Positions 50,060 through 62,322 of a stretch of DNA of 64,000 nucleotides are shown one piece after another. Every line of letters starts with the position of its first letter. Position 1 is the stretch's first letter. The stretch is taken from NCBI RefSeq assembly GCF_006345805.1, contig NC_043004.1, positions 77,438,001 through 77,502,000 of the forward strand. The letters are read 5' to 3'. The notes under the pieces are model-generated. The model made no database searches and was not told the DNA's origin. It saw nothing but the letters and a program-made list of their open reading frames with translations. The translations under genes and the position numbers were made by a program. Origin of the DNA: Octopus sinensis (lineage: Eukaryota).

Positions 50060-51050
50060 CCATCATCATCATTACTTTTATGTCCATTTTAACATGCTAG
50101 TATGGGCTGGACAGGTCATCTCTAGTGCAGCATGACACCACTTGTCACAGAACTCCTTCATGAGGTCCAATATCCTGAGATCAGCTTCCCTTTTGCAGAT
50201 TCCTTCTTTAAATTGTATTACTTGACACTTCATTACTGAAATGTCATCCACCATACACATTCATACTAGTGTAGTTTCTTTTGCATTATATCCGATTCCA
50301 GCAGGGGGTTTTTTCCACCACCTCCTCAGCTCGTACGTGCTTCATTGTTCATGTACAATAACATACATCCATCAGAGCATATTCACTTCATTTCTTACTA
50401 GCCCTCACACAACTTTAGCACCCAAAGCCCACATCTCACTACCATGTAACATCACAATTCTTACAAAAGCATCAATCAAGCTAGCTTTTACTTAAAATGA
50501 ACCTTGTTACCAGCAGAGGTAAAAGCTCCCTAACCTTTCTTCTTGGTTCTTACTCTAGCAACAGAACTCATCTCCATTGTTTTTAAGTCATCTAGGTAAG
50601 AGAAGCTATTAACTAATTCTATGGGATATTCCTAACATTTGATGGAACTTCAAAAGTGTTCTCACTGCAAACTACTTCCATGCCTATGCACACAAAATAG
50701 TCCTTCTCTGTTAGTCTGCTTGTGATCTCACTGCATTTAGTATACCATATGGAATTATTCTTATTCTATTTCTACATACTGAGCAGGGCACTTTTCAGGT
50801 AGTTATACAGTTCTGTCTTCTTCCCTATTAATTAAAACTTGATTCAGTTAACTTTGAAGCCTCTTGATTCCAGGTTTTGCTGCGATATTTAGAATTCTTC
50901 AAGTCGACAGATTCAGTCACAAGCCAATAGCCTTCTTTCCTAGGCCAATGACATACAATTCTTGTTATGGCTTGAAAAGCTATAACCAGAAAGTGGAGTG
51001 AAAACCAAGTTCTGATACACACTAAATTCCTTGCTGAACTCATTGCCATC
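50060..51050 (-). mobile_element. Old, heavily decayed RTE LINE
   Basis: (GAT)n tail and catgctag...ggacag end at 50060-50115; remnants of SFSYLDD and MLHGSEMWAL on the minus strand. Confidence 0.6.
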
Positions 51051-52176
51051 TCTCACTTTGCTAATGGCATCTCTATAAATGACTCAACTCCCACACCTAG
51101 TTTTCTCAACAACTATGTGTGGCACCCTGTCAAGGGCCCCTTCAATCTCAGTGACTTGTTCCTTGCAGTTGTCTGACTGTGAAGAGAATGCCAGTGGCAC
51201 TATTTCTTGACAAATACTTTCAAAACTTCTCCATCTGCTTGATGCATCCATAGCTGTTTCTTTCTAGAACATACCCTCTGTTGAGTTTACTTGGAGTAGT
51301 CTCTTTTTCTCCCAGGCATCCTCAACAGTCAATAATAACTCCTATAATGTTTCCAAGTCATTTTCTTCAGAGTGTCAGTGAACTGCTCTCATTCTCAACA
51401 GACTTTTCCTCAACATCTCAATTCATATTGACACACTGCTTTGCAATCCAGTTGACTTTAAATCTCTGATCAAATAGCATAAGTAAACATCTTACTTTCT
51501 GCTTCTTGTCATGCTCTATATACCAGCTGTCTGCTGTATGATATCTTAATTTCTAAATACCTGATACCAGGCCTGTCCTTTGGCTTTTACAGTTCTCTCT
51601 ACTGTACCATTCAACCACCATATCACCTTCTGTCTGGCTAGTACTTTGTTCCAACAACAGATAATTTGGTCTCTTGAAAACTCCAGTTCTTAAGAGACAA
51701 CCTGTTGTCTCTATGTTATTATTCACTATCTCCACTTTCTCAACATAATAGTTACCTAGACCTTCTCTGAACCTATGGCTAGCAGTATCTTTTAGTTGTA
51801 TTGCAACTGGTTAGGTTATTTGCATCACAGATTTCCAAGAGCCGAGATCGGTTTTTCATTCCTCATGAATAATTTCTTGTACATGAAAATTTGAACTATA
51901 GTGTTACCCAACATATCCTTTAGAGTCATTGATGTTCACTACTGATGTGATCTGTAAAGGGCCTCATAGAAATGGCACTTTATACCAAATCTGTGCAACC
52001 CATGGACAGACAGTGTATTCCAGATTAGTCCAATGCAAACCAGCATAGAAAAAACTGAGAAATTGATGATTTTTATCAGCACAATTTCAAAATGATTATG
52101 TACTATTAGTACAGCCACATCAAAGTTTGGGTGTTTTTGAATTTGCTCAGGAGTAATTCTTTCTCCCAGAACAGGA

Positions 52177-52416
52177 CTTACTTGTACATGTGGTGACATT
52201 CACCCTGGGCGGGTTGAGACGGCTTCTATCACCCTCGAGGCATCTCAAACCATGGCAGCCCACGCACGACGGTCCTGCGCCAGTTCACTGGAGATAGCGA
52301 GCTAGTCATGGTTCCATTGGCGCAGGCCGATGTTGCCATTGTATTCGCCATTGAGAATTCATGGAAGAAGTTTCGTGGGAATATGTGGATTTCACAAGCA
52401 GTCCCCAACAATCCCG
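52177..52416 (-). mobile_element. Short 5'-truncated RTE-type LINE (different family) with 10-bp TSD
   Basis: Flanked by CAGAACAGGA direct repeats; minus strand GLRQWNHD*LAISSELAQDRRAWAAMV*D...STRPG*; tail acatgtacaagtaag. Confidence 0.75.
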
Positions 52417-55261
52417 CAGAACAGGATATTACAAGTAAAAGATTTCAACTATTTCAATGAACAAAACAAAAGATATAGCTACAATGAAGCAAGAAATTGA
52501 ATAAGTTAAAACAGAATATTATAGAAATTATTTTAATTTTAAGAAAAAAGAAATTAATTTAGCAACAGATGTTCATAATGGCTGCAGATGTGAAAGGAAT
52601 CAAATCCTGGCTCTATCAGGTCACTGAAAGAAAAACAGAAATAAATAGAATTTAGAATATTCCTCAAAATTAATCAATAGATATATGTTGCTTACTGTAT
52701 TTTGGAAAAAGTGACCATTTATTAACAAAGTAACTAACCTCACTTATTAGACAACCATGTTTGCACTAAGATGACTAATCTGTTCAAGACTTATACTTTT
52801 ACATGTATAATAAAATTCACATATTTTTGTTGTGGAATTTTAATAAAACCATTAATTTGCAGTCTATGTTTCACAAAACTAGTTCAGTCTTCTTTACTAT
52901 ATATAGATGCATCAGTCAGTCATAAAATGGTTAGAATTTAAAAATACAAAAAATATCTAAGCTTTAGGAATGTCAGCCATGTTAAAAGTCTTATACTAAA
53001 TATGTTCAGAGAGCAGTGGACACAAATCTAACACATCAGATGAAAAATAACATTCAATTTATTAGTCATTCCTCTAACAAAATACAATATATTTAAGGAA
53101 TAACTGTTCAATGAAGAGTTAGAATATCTACAAAATCCTGAAAAGGATTTTTATAAATCACATTATTGAAGAATTACTCTGGCATGGGAATGTCAATTTG
53201 AAATTAAAATATCTAGAAACAATGTCAAATAGTCCCAATTATTGAGAAGGTTAAGAGTGGCTGTACTAATTACATAGGTAAGAACAAAGTTTTGATGGGA
53301 TTCAAAGAGGCCAAAATAATGTGGGTACTAAGAAGACAAGATTGAGTTGATTCAGCATAAGTGTTGTATTGTAAGCTGCATAAATAATATCAGATAAAAT
53401 TTACTAAATAACACAAAGTGATAATAAAATAATTTAACTAAGAAAATAGTGAACCACTTTCAGACTGATGATGATCAAATTTTTAATCTGAAACTGAAAT
53501 ACAATTATAAAAAAAAATCTAAATCAATAAAAATAGTCCAGAATTTTTCTTTATTGAATTTCAATTGCATGTTCTACCACACCTTCCGCAATTTTGGAGA
53601 ATAAAGAAACAAATTAAGCTTCAGTCAAAATGTTATCTATGAATTTGATTGCTATTACTATATACAGCTCTGATGAGCCTTACTTAAGAAAGTATCTAAA
53701 TAAAGGTTGTTCATTTAATGCTGGAGGAGTGTGACACCTAGATTTGATGTACCAGTTATGTTATAATGCAAAAAGTAATATTTATCCCCACGTAAAAGGG
53801 TCCGTAGCTTAGAAATACTGGGTTGACGTCCAGCGGGAACAGCTTTGTTTCATGGAGGAGGAAAGATCTTCTTTAGTACTTGGTTGTACAATGCTTTCCA
53901 ATGTGTGTAGTAGTGGCGCGCGCACACATTATTAGCCATTTGAAAAGACTATGAAAGTCTCGACCATGGTCGAACAATGATGATGATGAAAAGTGGACGT
54001 TGTGTTAGAACAGAGAATACTGCAATAGTTATCACGAGAGAACCTCTCATATAGACTTGTGGTGCATAGAAGCACTGATGTTTGCTTCACTGGCAGGAGA
54101 TAATCATCTGCCATAGCTTCCAGGACTATCAGATCACATGATTTCAGCCTTCCTTGGCCTTATTAATAGCCTAATCAGGTAAGTAGTGTTGCAAATAGCC
54201 AGTGGCCTTATTAAAATATAATTAGTAGCAACAGTGTATTCTGACCCGAGATCATGTTCTTTAAACACATCCCAAAGCCAACTTTTTATTTGTGCTTACT
54301 TCCTCTATATACAATCTATTTTTCCTATTCCTAAATATTCTTATTAACCTTCCTTCAAGCTGTTCTACCATCATAGTTTGTAGGACAGAACATGGTGCAT
54401 GCATATTTTGTCAAAGAAAATCTAAATATTAAATATGTCAATTTTCTGCAGAAAACTTGAAAAACAGGCTAAGGGAGATAATTCATTCATCAATTTCAAC
54501 TGGACACATTTTCATTATAATAAATTTCAATTAAATTTTTTTTTTTAATGAAAATTAATACATTCGACGTTTTTCACATATGTGACATCTATGGTTAAAA
54601 CGAAAACACAAATTCAACAAGTGAACCAAACCCAGACCAAAATCAAAAGAAATGAACATTTTATGTAATATATTTTTGTTTTGAAAAGTCATTTGAAATT
54701 TATCTGTTAAAATGACTGGCACACATTTTAGACACATATAGTAGTAAATGATTAAATTATATCTTTAAATATAAAATATCTATATAATGTTTATAAAAAT
54801 TTTTTTTTTCAGGGGACGAAAAGCAATACCTGTGACCTCTGAGATTGGTGAGAGTAAAGAAGGAAGAAATCACAACTCATGGGTCACAATAGTATGAAGC
54901 AGCAGGTCATTATAGCAAGTTGTAATCTTCAGACCCAGTGCTTTCAGAAAAACTAACATCTAGCTTGTTTTGTTTTTTTCCCCATTTACTTATTTTTAAA
55001 TGACAACATTCCAAGTTTCTATCTATCAAATTAACTTGAAGCTAATGTAAAAGACACTTGCTCAAGATACCATGCAATGAAATTAAATCCAGAGCCAGTT
55101 GATTGCAAAGTAAACTATTCAACCACTAGGCCATAAATACATTAACATTCAAGCTTCTTAGCAACTACAGTTACTATTACTACTAAGTTGTTTGTTATAA
55201 AGGGCAAATGAGTGAGAAAAAGACCTAACATCTATGACCAAGACATAATAAATTTTTTTTT

Positions 55262-55491
55262 TTTTTACTACCCACAAGGGGCTAAACACAGAGACGACAA
55301 ACAAGGACAGACAAACGGATTAAGTCGATTATATCGACCCCAGTGTGTAACTAGTACTTATTTAATTGACCCCGAAAGGATGAAAGGCAAAGTCGACCTC
55401 AGCGGAATTTGAACTCAGAACATAGCAGCAGACGAAATACTGCTAAGCATTTCGCCCAGCATGCTAACGTTTCTGCCAGCTCGCCACCTTA
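55262..55491 (-). mobile_element. SINE family B (CpG-decayed copy)
   Basis: Matches 37200-37433 with several CG to TG/CA changes. Confidence 0.88.
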
Positions 55492-55599
55492 AGACAGATA
55501 ATAAACGAAAGAGTTTATACAATGTATTCAAAAATGAAGCATCGCACCAGAATATGACTGATGACTCTGACTATGCAGTAAATAAACTGTTATGATATA

Positions 55600-55740
55600 T
55601 TAGGTTGTCCCAAAAGTTCGTAAACACTTGCGAAAATTGAATTTTTACTCGCCAAGTACTAACAAAAACAACAAAAATTATTCCTCAAAATAAAGACCAT
55701 TATTTTCCAAGACTTTCTATGAACTTTTGGGACAACCTTA
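55600..55740. mobile_element. Small mariner-type MITE (about 140 bp)
   Basis: TIRs aggttgtcccaaaagttc / gaacttttgggacaacct, TA-flanked. Confidence 0.82.
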
Positions 55741-56317
55741 TAGCTAAACTTCAGGCTGAAACTTATTAATGATATGTGTGCATGGTTGCATGTACACACA
55801 AAGTTGTGCATGCAATTCTGCAATAGCAATATGCTGCAACTTGCAAGTTTGCATCCTTTATAATAATTATTGCATTATCAATCTTATTTCAATTAGAAGA
55901 CAAATATATGAAATAGTTTTAATAATATGCTAAAATTAGGTATTTAAGTACTAAATGGTTTCTCTTAAATACTTAGCTTTAATAAAATTGGGCTTTGTCT
56001 CTTCAGGGAGAATATAAGCAAACAGAAGCAGCAGAAAATGTAAGGAAATGTTATAAGGAAGTTCTTTTATTCTTGTACTTGTTTCAATCATAGGACTGTG
56101 GCCATGCAGGAACACTGCATTGAAGGGTTTTAGTCAAACAAATCAACCCCAGGACTTATCTTTTTATAGCCTAGTACTTATTTTATCAGTCTCTTTTGCC
56201 AAACCACAAAATTATGGGAACGTAAACACACTAACACCATCTATAGGGGTGGGGGGGGGACAAACAAAGACACACACACACACACACACACACATACATA
56301 TATATACGTATATACAT

Positions 56318-56512
56318 ATAGTAATGAACAAGTAGATGGCAAGACATACTAAATGCACTGAATGCATAGATGAAGGGAAAACAAACACAGATGGTCCACC
56401 AATTCCTCATCAGTTACTGACCAAAGTACCAAGAAACTGGTGACCTTGTGTGTTTGTTTTCCATTCATCTACGCATTTAGTATATATCTTTCCATTCGTT
56501 TGTTTATACTAT
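56318..56512. repeat. Imperfect inverted repeat (about 80-bp arms) with hammerhead-core remnants in the spacer
   Basis: atagtaatgaacaag...ggaaaacaaacaca pairs with tgtgtttgttttcc...gtttatactat. The spacer has ctcatcag (CTGATGAG on minus) and ctgacca..gaaactggt. Confidence 0.7.
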
Positions 56513-56598
56513 ACATGTTTGACTTCTGAAAATATTAGTCCTGTAACACAACGCACTCCTTATTTTTGACCTGTGTGCATGTGTGTGTATGTATATAT

Positions 56599-56652
<54 letters not shown>

Positions 56653-56889
56653 TATATATGCTCTTACTCTCTTTTTTACTGTTTTATTTGTTTCAGTCAT
56701 TTAACAGTGACCATGCTGGAGCACTGCCTTTAGTCGAGCAAATCAACCCAGGACTTAATCATTTGGATGCCTAGTACTTATTCTATCAGTCTCTTTTGCC
56801 GAACTGCTAAGTTATGGGTACGTAAACACACCACCATCGGTTGGACAAACAGACACACAAACATACATACATATACATATATATATATA

Positions 56890-58075
56890 TCATCATCATC
56901 GTTTAACGTCCGCTTTCCATGCTAGCATGGGTTGGACGGTTCAACTGGGGTCTGGCAAGCCCGAAGGCTGCACCAGGCCAGTCAGATATGGCAGTGTTTC
57001 TACAGCTGGATGCCCTTCCTAACGCCAACCACTCCGAGAGTGTAGTGGGTAATTTTATGTGCCACCGACACAGGTGCCAGACGAGGCTGGCAGACGGCCA
57101 CGCTCGGATGGTGTTTTTTATGTGCCACCGACACAGGTGCCAGACGAGGCTGGCTGACGGCCACGCTCGGATGGTGTTTTCTTATGTGTCACCGACACAG
57201 GTGCCAGACGAGGCTGGCGGACAGCCACGCTCGGATGGTGTTTGTTACATGCCCTCAGCACGGAGGCCAGTCGTTGCAGTACTGGCTACGGTCACGTTCG
57301 GATGGTTTTCTTATGTGCCACCGGCACTGGTACCACAAGGATACAAATTCCATTGATGTTCATCTATTTTGATTTGGTTCAATTTGATTTGATTCGATAC
57401 GATTCTCACTTGCCTCAACAGGTCTTCACAAGTGTCACAAGAAGGAAGGTATGCACAGGTGGACTGACTACGTCCCAGGTAGGGGCCACGGATTATGGCT
57501 TCACTAGTCTTGCCGGGTCTTCTCACGCACAGCATACTTCCATAGGTCTCGGTCTCTAGTCATTTCCATGGTGAGACCTAACGTCCGAAGGTCGTGCTTC
57601 ACCACCTCGTCCCAGGTTTTCCTGGGTCTACCTCTTCCACGGGTTCCCTCAACTGCTAGGGATTGGCACTTTCTCACACACCTATCTTCATCCATTCTCG
57701 CCACATGACCATACCAGCGCAATCGTCTCTCTTGCACACAACAACTGATGCTTCTTAGGTACAACATTTCTCTCAAGGTACTAACGCTCTGTCGAGTAAG
57801 TACACTGACATTACACATCCATCGGAGCATACTGGCTTCGTTCCTCACGAGCTTACGCATGTCCTCAGCAGTCACGGCCCATGTTTCACTGCCATGTAGC
57901 ATAGCTGTTCGTACACATGCATCATACAGTCTGCCTTTTACTCTGAGCGAGAGGCCTTTAGTCACCAGCAGAGGTAAGAGCTCCCTAAACTTTGCCCAGG
58001 CTATTCTTATTCTAGCAGTTACACTTTCAGCGCACCCACCCCCACTACTGACTTGGTCACCTAGATAGCGGAAGC
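56890..58075 (-). mobile_element. Young 5'-truncated RTE-clade LINE (copy 1)
   Basis: Uninterrupted ORF FRYLGDQ...MLHGSETW...RRLRWYGHVARM...GRGRPRKTW...DRDLWK, stop at 57504; UTR with 62-64 bp tandem repeats (57058-57330); (GAT)n tail. Confidence 0.95.
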
Positions 58076-58085
58076 ATATATATAT

Positions 58086-58131
<46 letters not shown>

Positions 58132-58366
58132 TATATATGCTCTTACTCTCTTTTTTACTGTTTTATTTGTTTCAGTCATTTAACAGTGACCATGCTGGAG
58201 CACTGCCTTTAGTCGAGCAAATCAACCCAGGACTTAATCATTTGGATGCCTAGTACTTATTCTATCAGTCTCTTTTGCCGAACTGCTAAGTTATGGGTAC
58301 GTAAACACACCACCATCGGTTGGACAAACAGACACACAAACATACATACATATACATATATATATA

Positions 58367-59549
58367 TCATCATCATCGTTTAACGTCCGCTTTCCATGCT
58401 AGCATGGGTTGGACGGTTCAACTGGGGTCTGGCAAGCCCGAAGGCTGCACCAGGCCAGTCAGATATGGCAGTGTTTCTACAGCTGGATGCCCTTCCTAAT
58501 GCCAACCACTCCGAGAGTGTAGTGGGTGATTTTATGTGCCACCGACACAGGTGCCAGACGAGGCTGGCAGACGGCCACGCTCGGATGGTGTTTTTTATGT
58601 GCCACCGACACAGGTGCCAGACGAGGCTGGCTGACGGCCACGCTCGGATGGTGTTTTCTTATGTGTCACCGACACAGGTGCCAGACGAGGCTGGCGGACG
58701 GCCACGCTCGGATGGTGTTTGTTACATGCCCTCAGCACGGAGGCCAGTCGTTGCAGTACTGGCTACGGTCACGTTTGGATAGTTTTCTTATGTGCCACCG
58801 GCACTGGTACCACAAGGATACAAATTCCATTGATGTTCATCTATTTTGATTTGGTTCAATTGATTTGATTCGATACGATTCTCACTTGCCTCAACAGGTC
58901 TTCACAAGTGTCACAAGAAGGAAGGTATGCACAGGTGGACTGACTACGTCCCAGGTAGGGGCCACGGATTATGGCTTCACTAGTCTTGCCGGGTCTTCTC
59001 ACGCACAGCATACTTCCATAGGTCTCGGTCTCTAGTCATTTCCATGGTGAGACCTAACGTCCGAAGGTCGTGCTTCACCACCTCGTCCCAGGTTTTCCTG
59101 GGTCTACCTCTTCCACGGGTTCCCTCAACTGCTAGGGATTGGCACTTTCTCACACACCTATCTTCATCCATTCTCGCCACATGACCATACCAGCGCAATC
59201 GTCTCTCTTGCACACAACAACTGATGCTTCTTAGGTACAACATTTCTCTCAAGGTACTAACGCTCTGTCGAGTAAGTACACTGACATTACACATCCATCG
59301 GAGCATACTGGCTTCGTTCCTCACGAGCTTACGCATGTCCTCAGCAGTCACGGCCCATGTTTCACTGCCATGTAGCATAGCTGTTCGTACACATGCATCA
59401 TACAGTCTGCCTTTTACTCTAAGCGAGAGGCCTTTAGTCACCAGCAGAGGTAAGAGCTCCCTAAACTTTGCCCAGGCTATTCTTATTCTAGCAGTTACAC
59501 TTTCAGCGCACCCACCCCCACTACTGACTTGGTCACCTAGATAGCGGAA

Positions 59550-59551
<2 letters not shown>
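58367..59551 (-). mobile_element. Young 5'-truncated RTE-clade LINE (copy 2)
   Basis: Same as copy 1; stop at 58980. Confidence 0.95.
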
Positions 59552-59579
<28 letters not shown>

Positions 59580-59583
<4 letters not shown>

Positions 59584-59925
59584 GACAGGCTTCTTTCAGT
59601 TTCTGTCTACCAAATCCACTCACAAGGCTTTGGTCAGCCCGAGGCTATAGCAGAAGACACTCACCCAAGGTGCCACGCAGTGGGACTGAACCCGGAACCA
59701 TGTGGTTCATAAGCAAGCTACTTACCACACAGCCATTCCTACGCCTATCATATATATACACATATATATATATATATGATAGGCTTCTTTTCAGTTTCCA
59801 TCTACCAAATCCACTCACAAGACTAGAGACTATAGTAGACACTTGCCTAAGGTGCCATGCAATGGGACTGAACATAGAACCATGTTGATGGGAAGCAAGC
59901 TTCTCACCATCCAGGCACACCTCCA
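59580..59925 (-). mobile_element. Two tandem 5' halves of SINE family A
   Basis: ggcttctttcagttt...ccaaatccactcacaag occurs twice. Confidence 0.82.
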
Positions 59926-60607
59926 TCTATATGCCCTTTTATCACAAGAAAGAAATAAAAGAACATGATCATGTTACAAAAATTTTGTTTGTAAAGGTTA
60001 AACACTGATTTCTTTTGATTAGGTACAAAATTAATAAAGGCAAAAAGGCAGGCCATAATCAATGGATCAATGGAAACAATCCTAATATTACTAATACAAG
60101 GTTATTGCCAGTTCAAATATGTTTGGAACATATTCAAGCCTGTAAGAAAGGCATTCACTGAGTTTTGTCATGGACAAAATTTCTTGTCATAGACAAATGG
60201 TGTAAATACACTAAAATTAGCTCACAGCACCACCTGCCCTGACTGGGATGCAAGCATGTTGGAGTTGTTATCTCCTCTTCAACCACAGAAACTAGACAGG
60301 GTGAGGGGCGTCTACAAGCTTATTGGCACAAATTTTTTTCAACCTGGATCAGATATTCAACATGTAAAGGAGTGGCATAAAATTCAAGTTTAATTTTCAA
60401 AGCCATCTTTAAAAAATGTGTGAAAGCAGATACATAATAAAATTACTATTCAAATCTGAAAGCTACAAGAAAAATTACTAACCATTTTAAAGATCTATAT
60501 ATATAAATATATAATTATTTGAGGAACATAATTCCTAACTTAAGGGAAAAATTCAATTTAGAAATATTAATCAAATTTCACAAAATATAATATATATATA
60601 TATATAA

Positions 60608-60736
60608 ATTAGAAAAAAAAAACACCTTTTATCAATTATTGCTATTTTAATTTTAATATTTCTATTATATGTAATTTTCTAGATGGTGTAATTTATTTGT
60701 TCCTTTTGAATTGATAAAAGGTGGTTTTTTTCTAAT
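60608..60736. repeat. MITE-like element with about 30-bp terminal inverted repeats within (TA)n
   Basis: attagaaaaaaaaaacaccttttatcaatt / aattgataaaaggtggtttttttctaat. Confidence 0.65.
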
Positions 60737-60977
60737 GTGTGTATATATATATATATACTAGAAAATTCTAATCAAATCAAATTGAAATAAAAAGTACCTG
60801 AATCACTGAAGAAATACTTCACCAAATTTGAAAGTGGAATAAAAAAAACTTCATTTAAATTATTTTTAGACACCCATTACTGATTCTAGTGCACTTCAAT
60901 AGTTAAATACAATAGTTAAATAATTGCATAGACTGTACTTGAAAATTCCAGTTATTACTTACAGAGCTTGTTTATCC

Positions 60978-61042
60978 TTATTTTAATTTCAACTCTTCAA
61001 CTTTTTTAACGTATAAGGTTTCCGCTTCTTCTTTTGATGTTC
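60978..61042 (-). CDS. DBI: Last coding exon of an acyl-CoA-binding protein (ACBP/DBI-like) gene
   Basis: Acceptor ttttgaatttcttag, then phase-1 (G)TSKEEAETLYVKKVEELKLK*. This aligns by eye with vertebrate DBI [21 protein letters not shown], and the intron in the Gly codon matches my recollection of DBI structure. Upstream exons were not found in the window, and it could be another ACBD family member. Confidence 0.78.
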
Positions 61043-61136
61043 CTAAGAAATTCAAAAGCAGACTAAATGAATACAAAATTAGATTTAAATAAAAATGATA
61101 TTTTAATGAAAACATCCAGTAAAATGACAGTAAATA

Positions 61137-62322
61137 TTGGGGTGGCAACTAAGTTCCTGCCATTTTTTTAAATTTTGGAATCTATTTATTTCGAGAATTC
61201 TATTTTTGAATCATTTTGGAATCTATTTTGTTTTTTGTTGGTTTTTTTTCTAGTTAATTTTAGTTAAGTTTTGTTTATTTTCAGATCATTAAAATGGAAT
61301 GTCAAGTTAAGAAAAATGAGCATTTCCGACACCTCCTCCTTTTTGCTTTTAATCAAGGTTCTAAGGCCAAAAAAGCTGCTCGCAACATTTGTGCTGTGTA
61401 TGGAGAGAGTGCCATAGCTGAAAGCACCGCTCGTGATTGGTATGCCAAGTTCAAAAATGGAAATTTTTGTATAGAAAACTTTTGCATGAAAATTCTCCTC
61501 AAACAACAAGGGAACTGGCAGAGAAAATGGAATACTCCCACACTGCTATAGAGAAGCATCTTCACTCGATGGGAAAGGTTCAGAAGTATGGAGCATGGGT
61601 TCTGCATGCGTCGAGTAACAACGACAAAAATCAACAAGCCACAATCTCTGCTCAACTCATGGACACAAGCAACGATTTCTTTACCGAATCGTTACTGGCG
61701 ACGGAAAATGGTGCCTGAACATCAATATGAAGCAGCGTAAGGAATGGGTTAGCCCTGGTAAACAAGCGACGCTGCGCATGAAACAAGATCTTCATCCACG
61801 TAAAATGATGTTGTGCATATGGTGGGACTGGGAAGGGATTATCCATTACGAATTGCTTGAACGGAACCAAACGGTCAACGCAGAACACTATGTTCAGATG
61901 GAACGTCTCAAAACAGCTATTGAAAAGAAAAGACCTAATCAGCAGCATGGAGTTCTGCTGCATGACAACGCCCGCCCTCATATCACCAATATGACCAAGG
62001 AAGACATTCAAATGCATGGCTAGAAAGTGCTGCTATACCCGCCATACTCTAATTTGGCACCAACAGATTTCCACCTCTTTCAAATGCTATGCACAGAGTT
62101 TCGTTCAATACTGATGCCGAATTGAGAGCTTGGTTGGATCAATTTTTCGAGTCGAAATCAGGGGACTTCTACCAACGAGGTAATGAAAATCTTGTTGAAC
62201 GTTGGGAAGAAGTTGTAAACAACAAGGGTGAATACATTATTGATTAATTAGTTGTTATTTTTTTTTTATTAAACCTTTTAAAAATTTTTTTAAAAACGGC
62301 GGGAACTTAGTTGTCAACCCAA
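61137..62322 (+). mobile_element. Near full-length mariner transposon, pseudogenised
   Basis: TA TSD; TIRs ttggggtggcaactaagttcc / ggaacttagttgtcaacccaa; transposase from ATG 61294 (EHFRHLLLFAFNQG, TGDGKW, IWWDWEG, HDNARPH, PPYS-LAPTDFHLF) with deletions, frameshifts and stops. Confidence 0.95.

Larger units (their letters stand above)
56590..59552. repeat. Tandem duplication, unit about 1476 bp x2 (SINE A piece + RTE 3' end), bounded by (TA)n
   Basis: ctagatagcggaagcatata at 58061 and 59537; bodies nearly identical. Confidence 0.95.

Noticed and set aside
52177-52416. GC-rich hairpin-forming island ending in ACA, considered as an H/ACA, RNase P/MRP or telomerase RNA
   Set aside because: It has a 10-bp TSD and encodes an RTE C-terminus (LAQDRRAW); no conserved ncRNA motifs were found.
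53670-53700. CTGATGA...GAAA canonical hammerhead core words
   Set aside because: No convincing stems I, II or III; likely chance.
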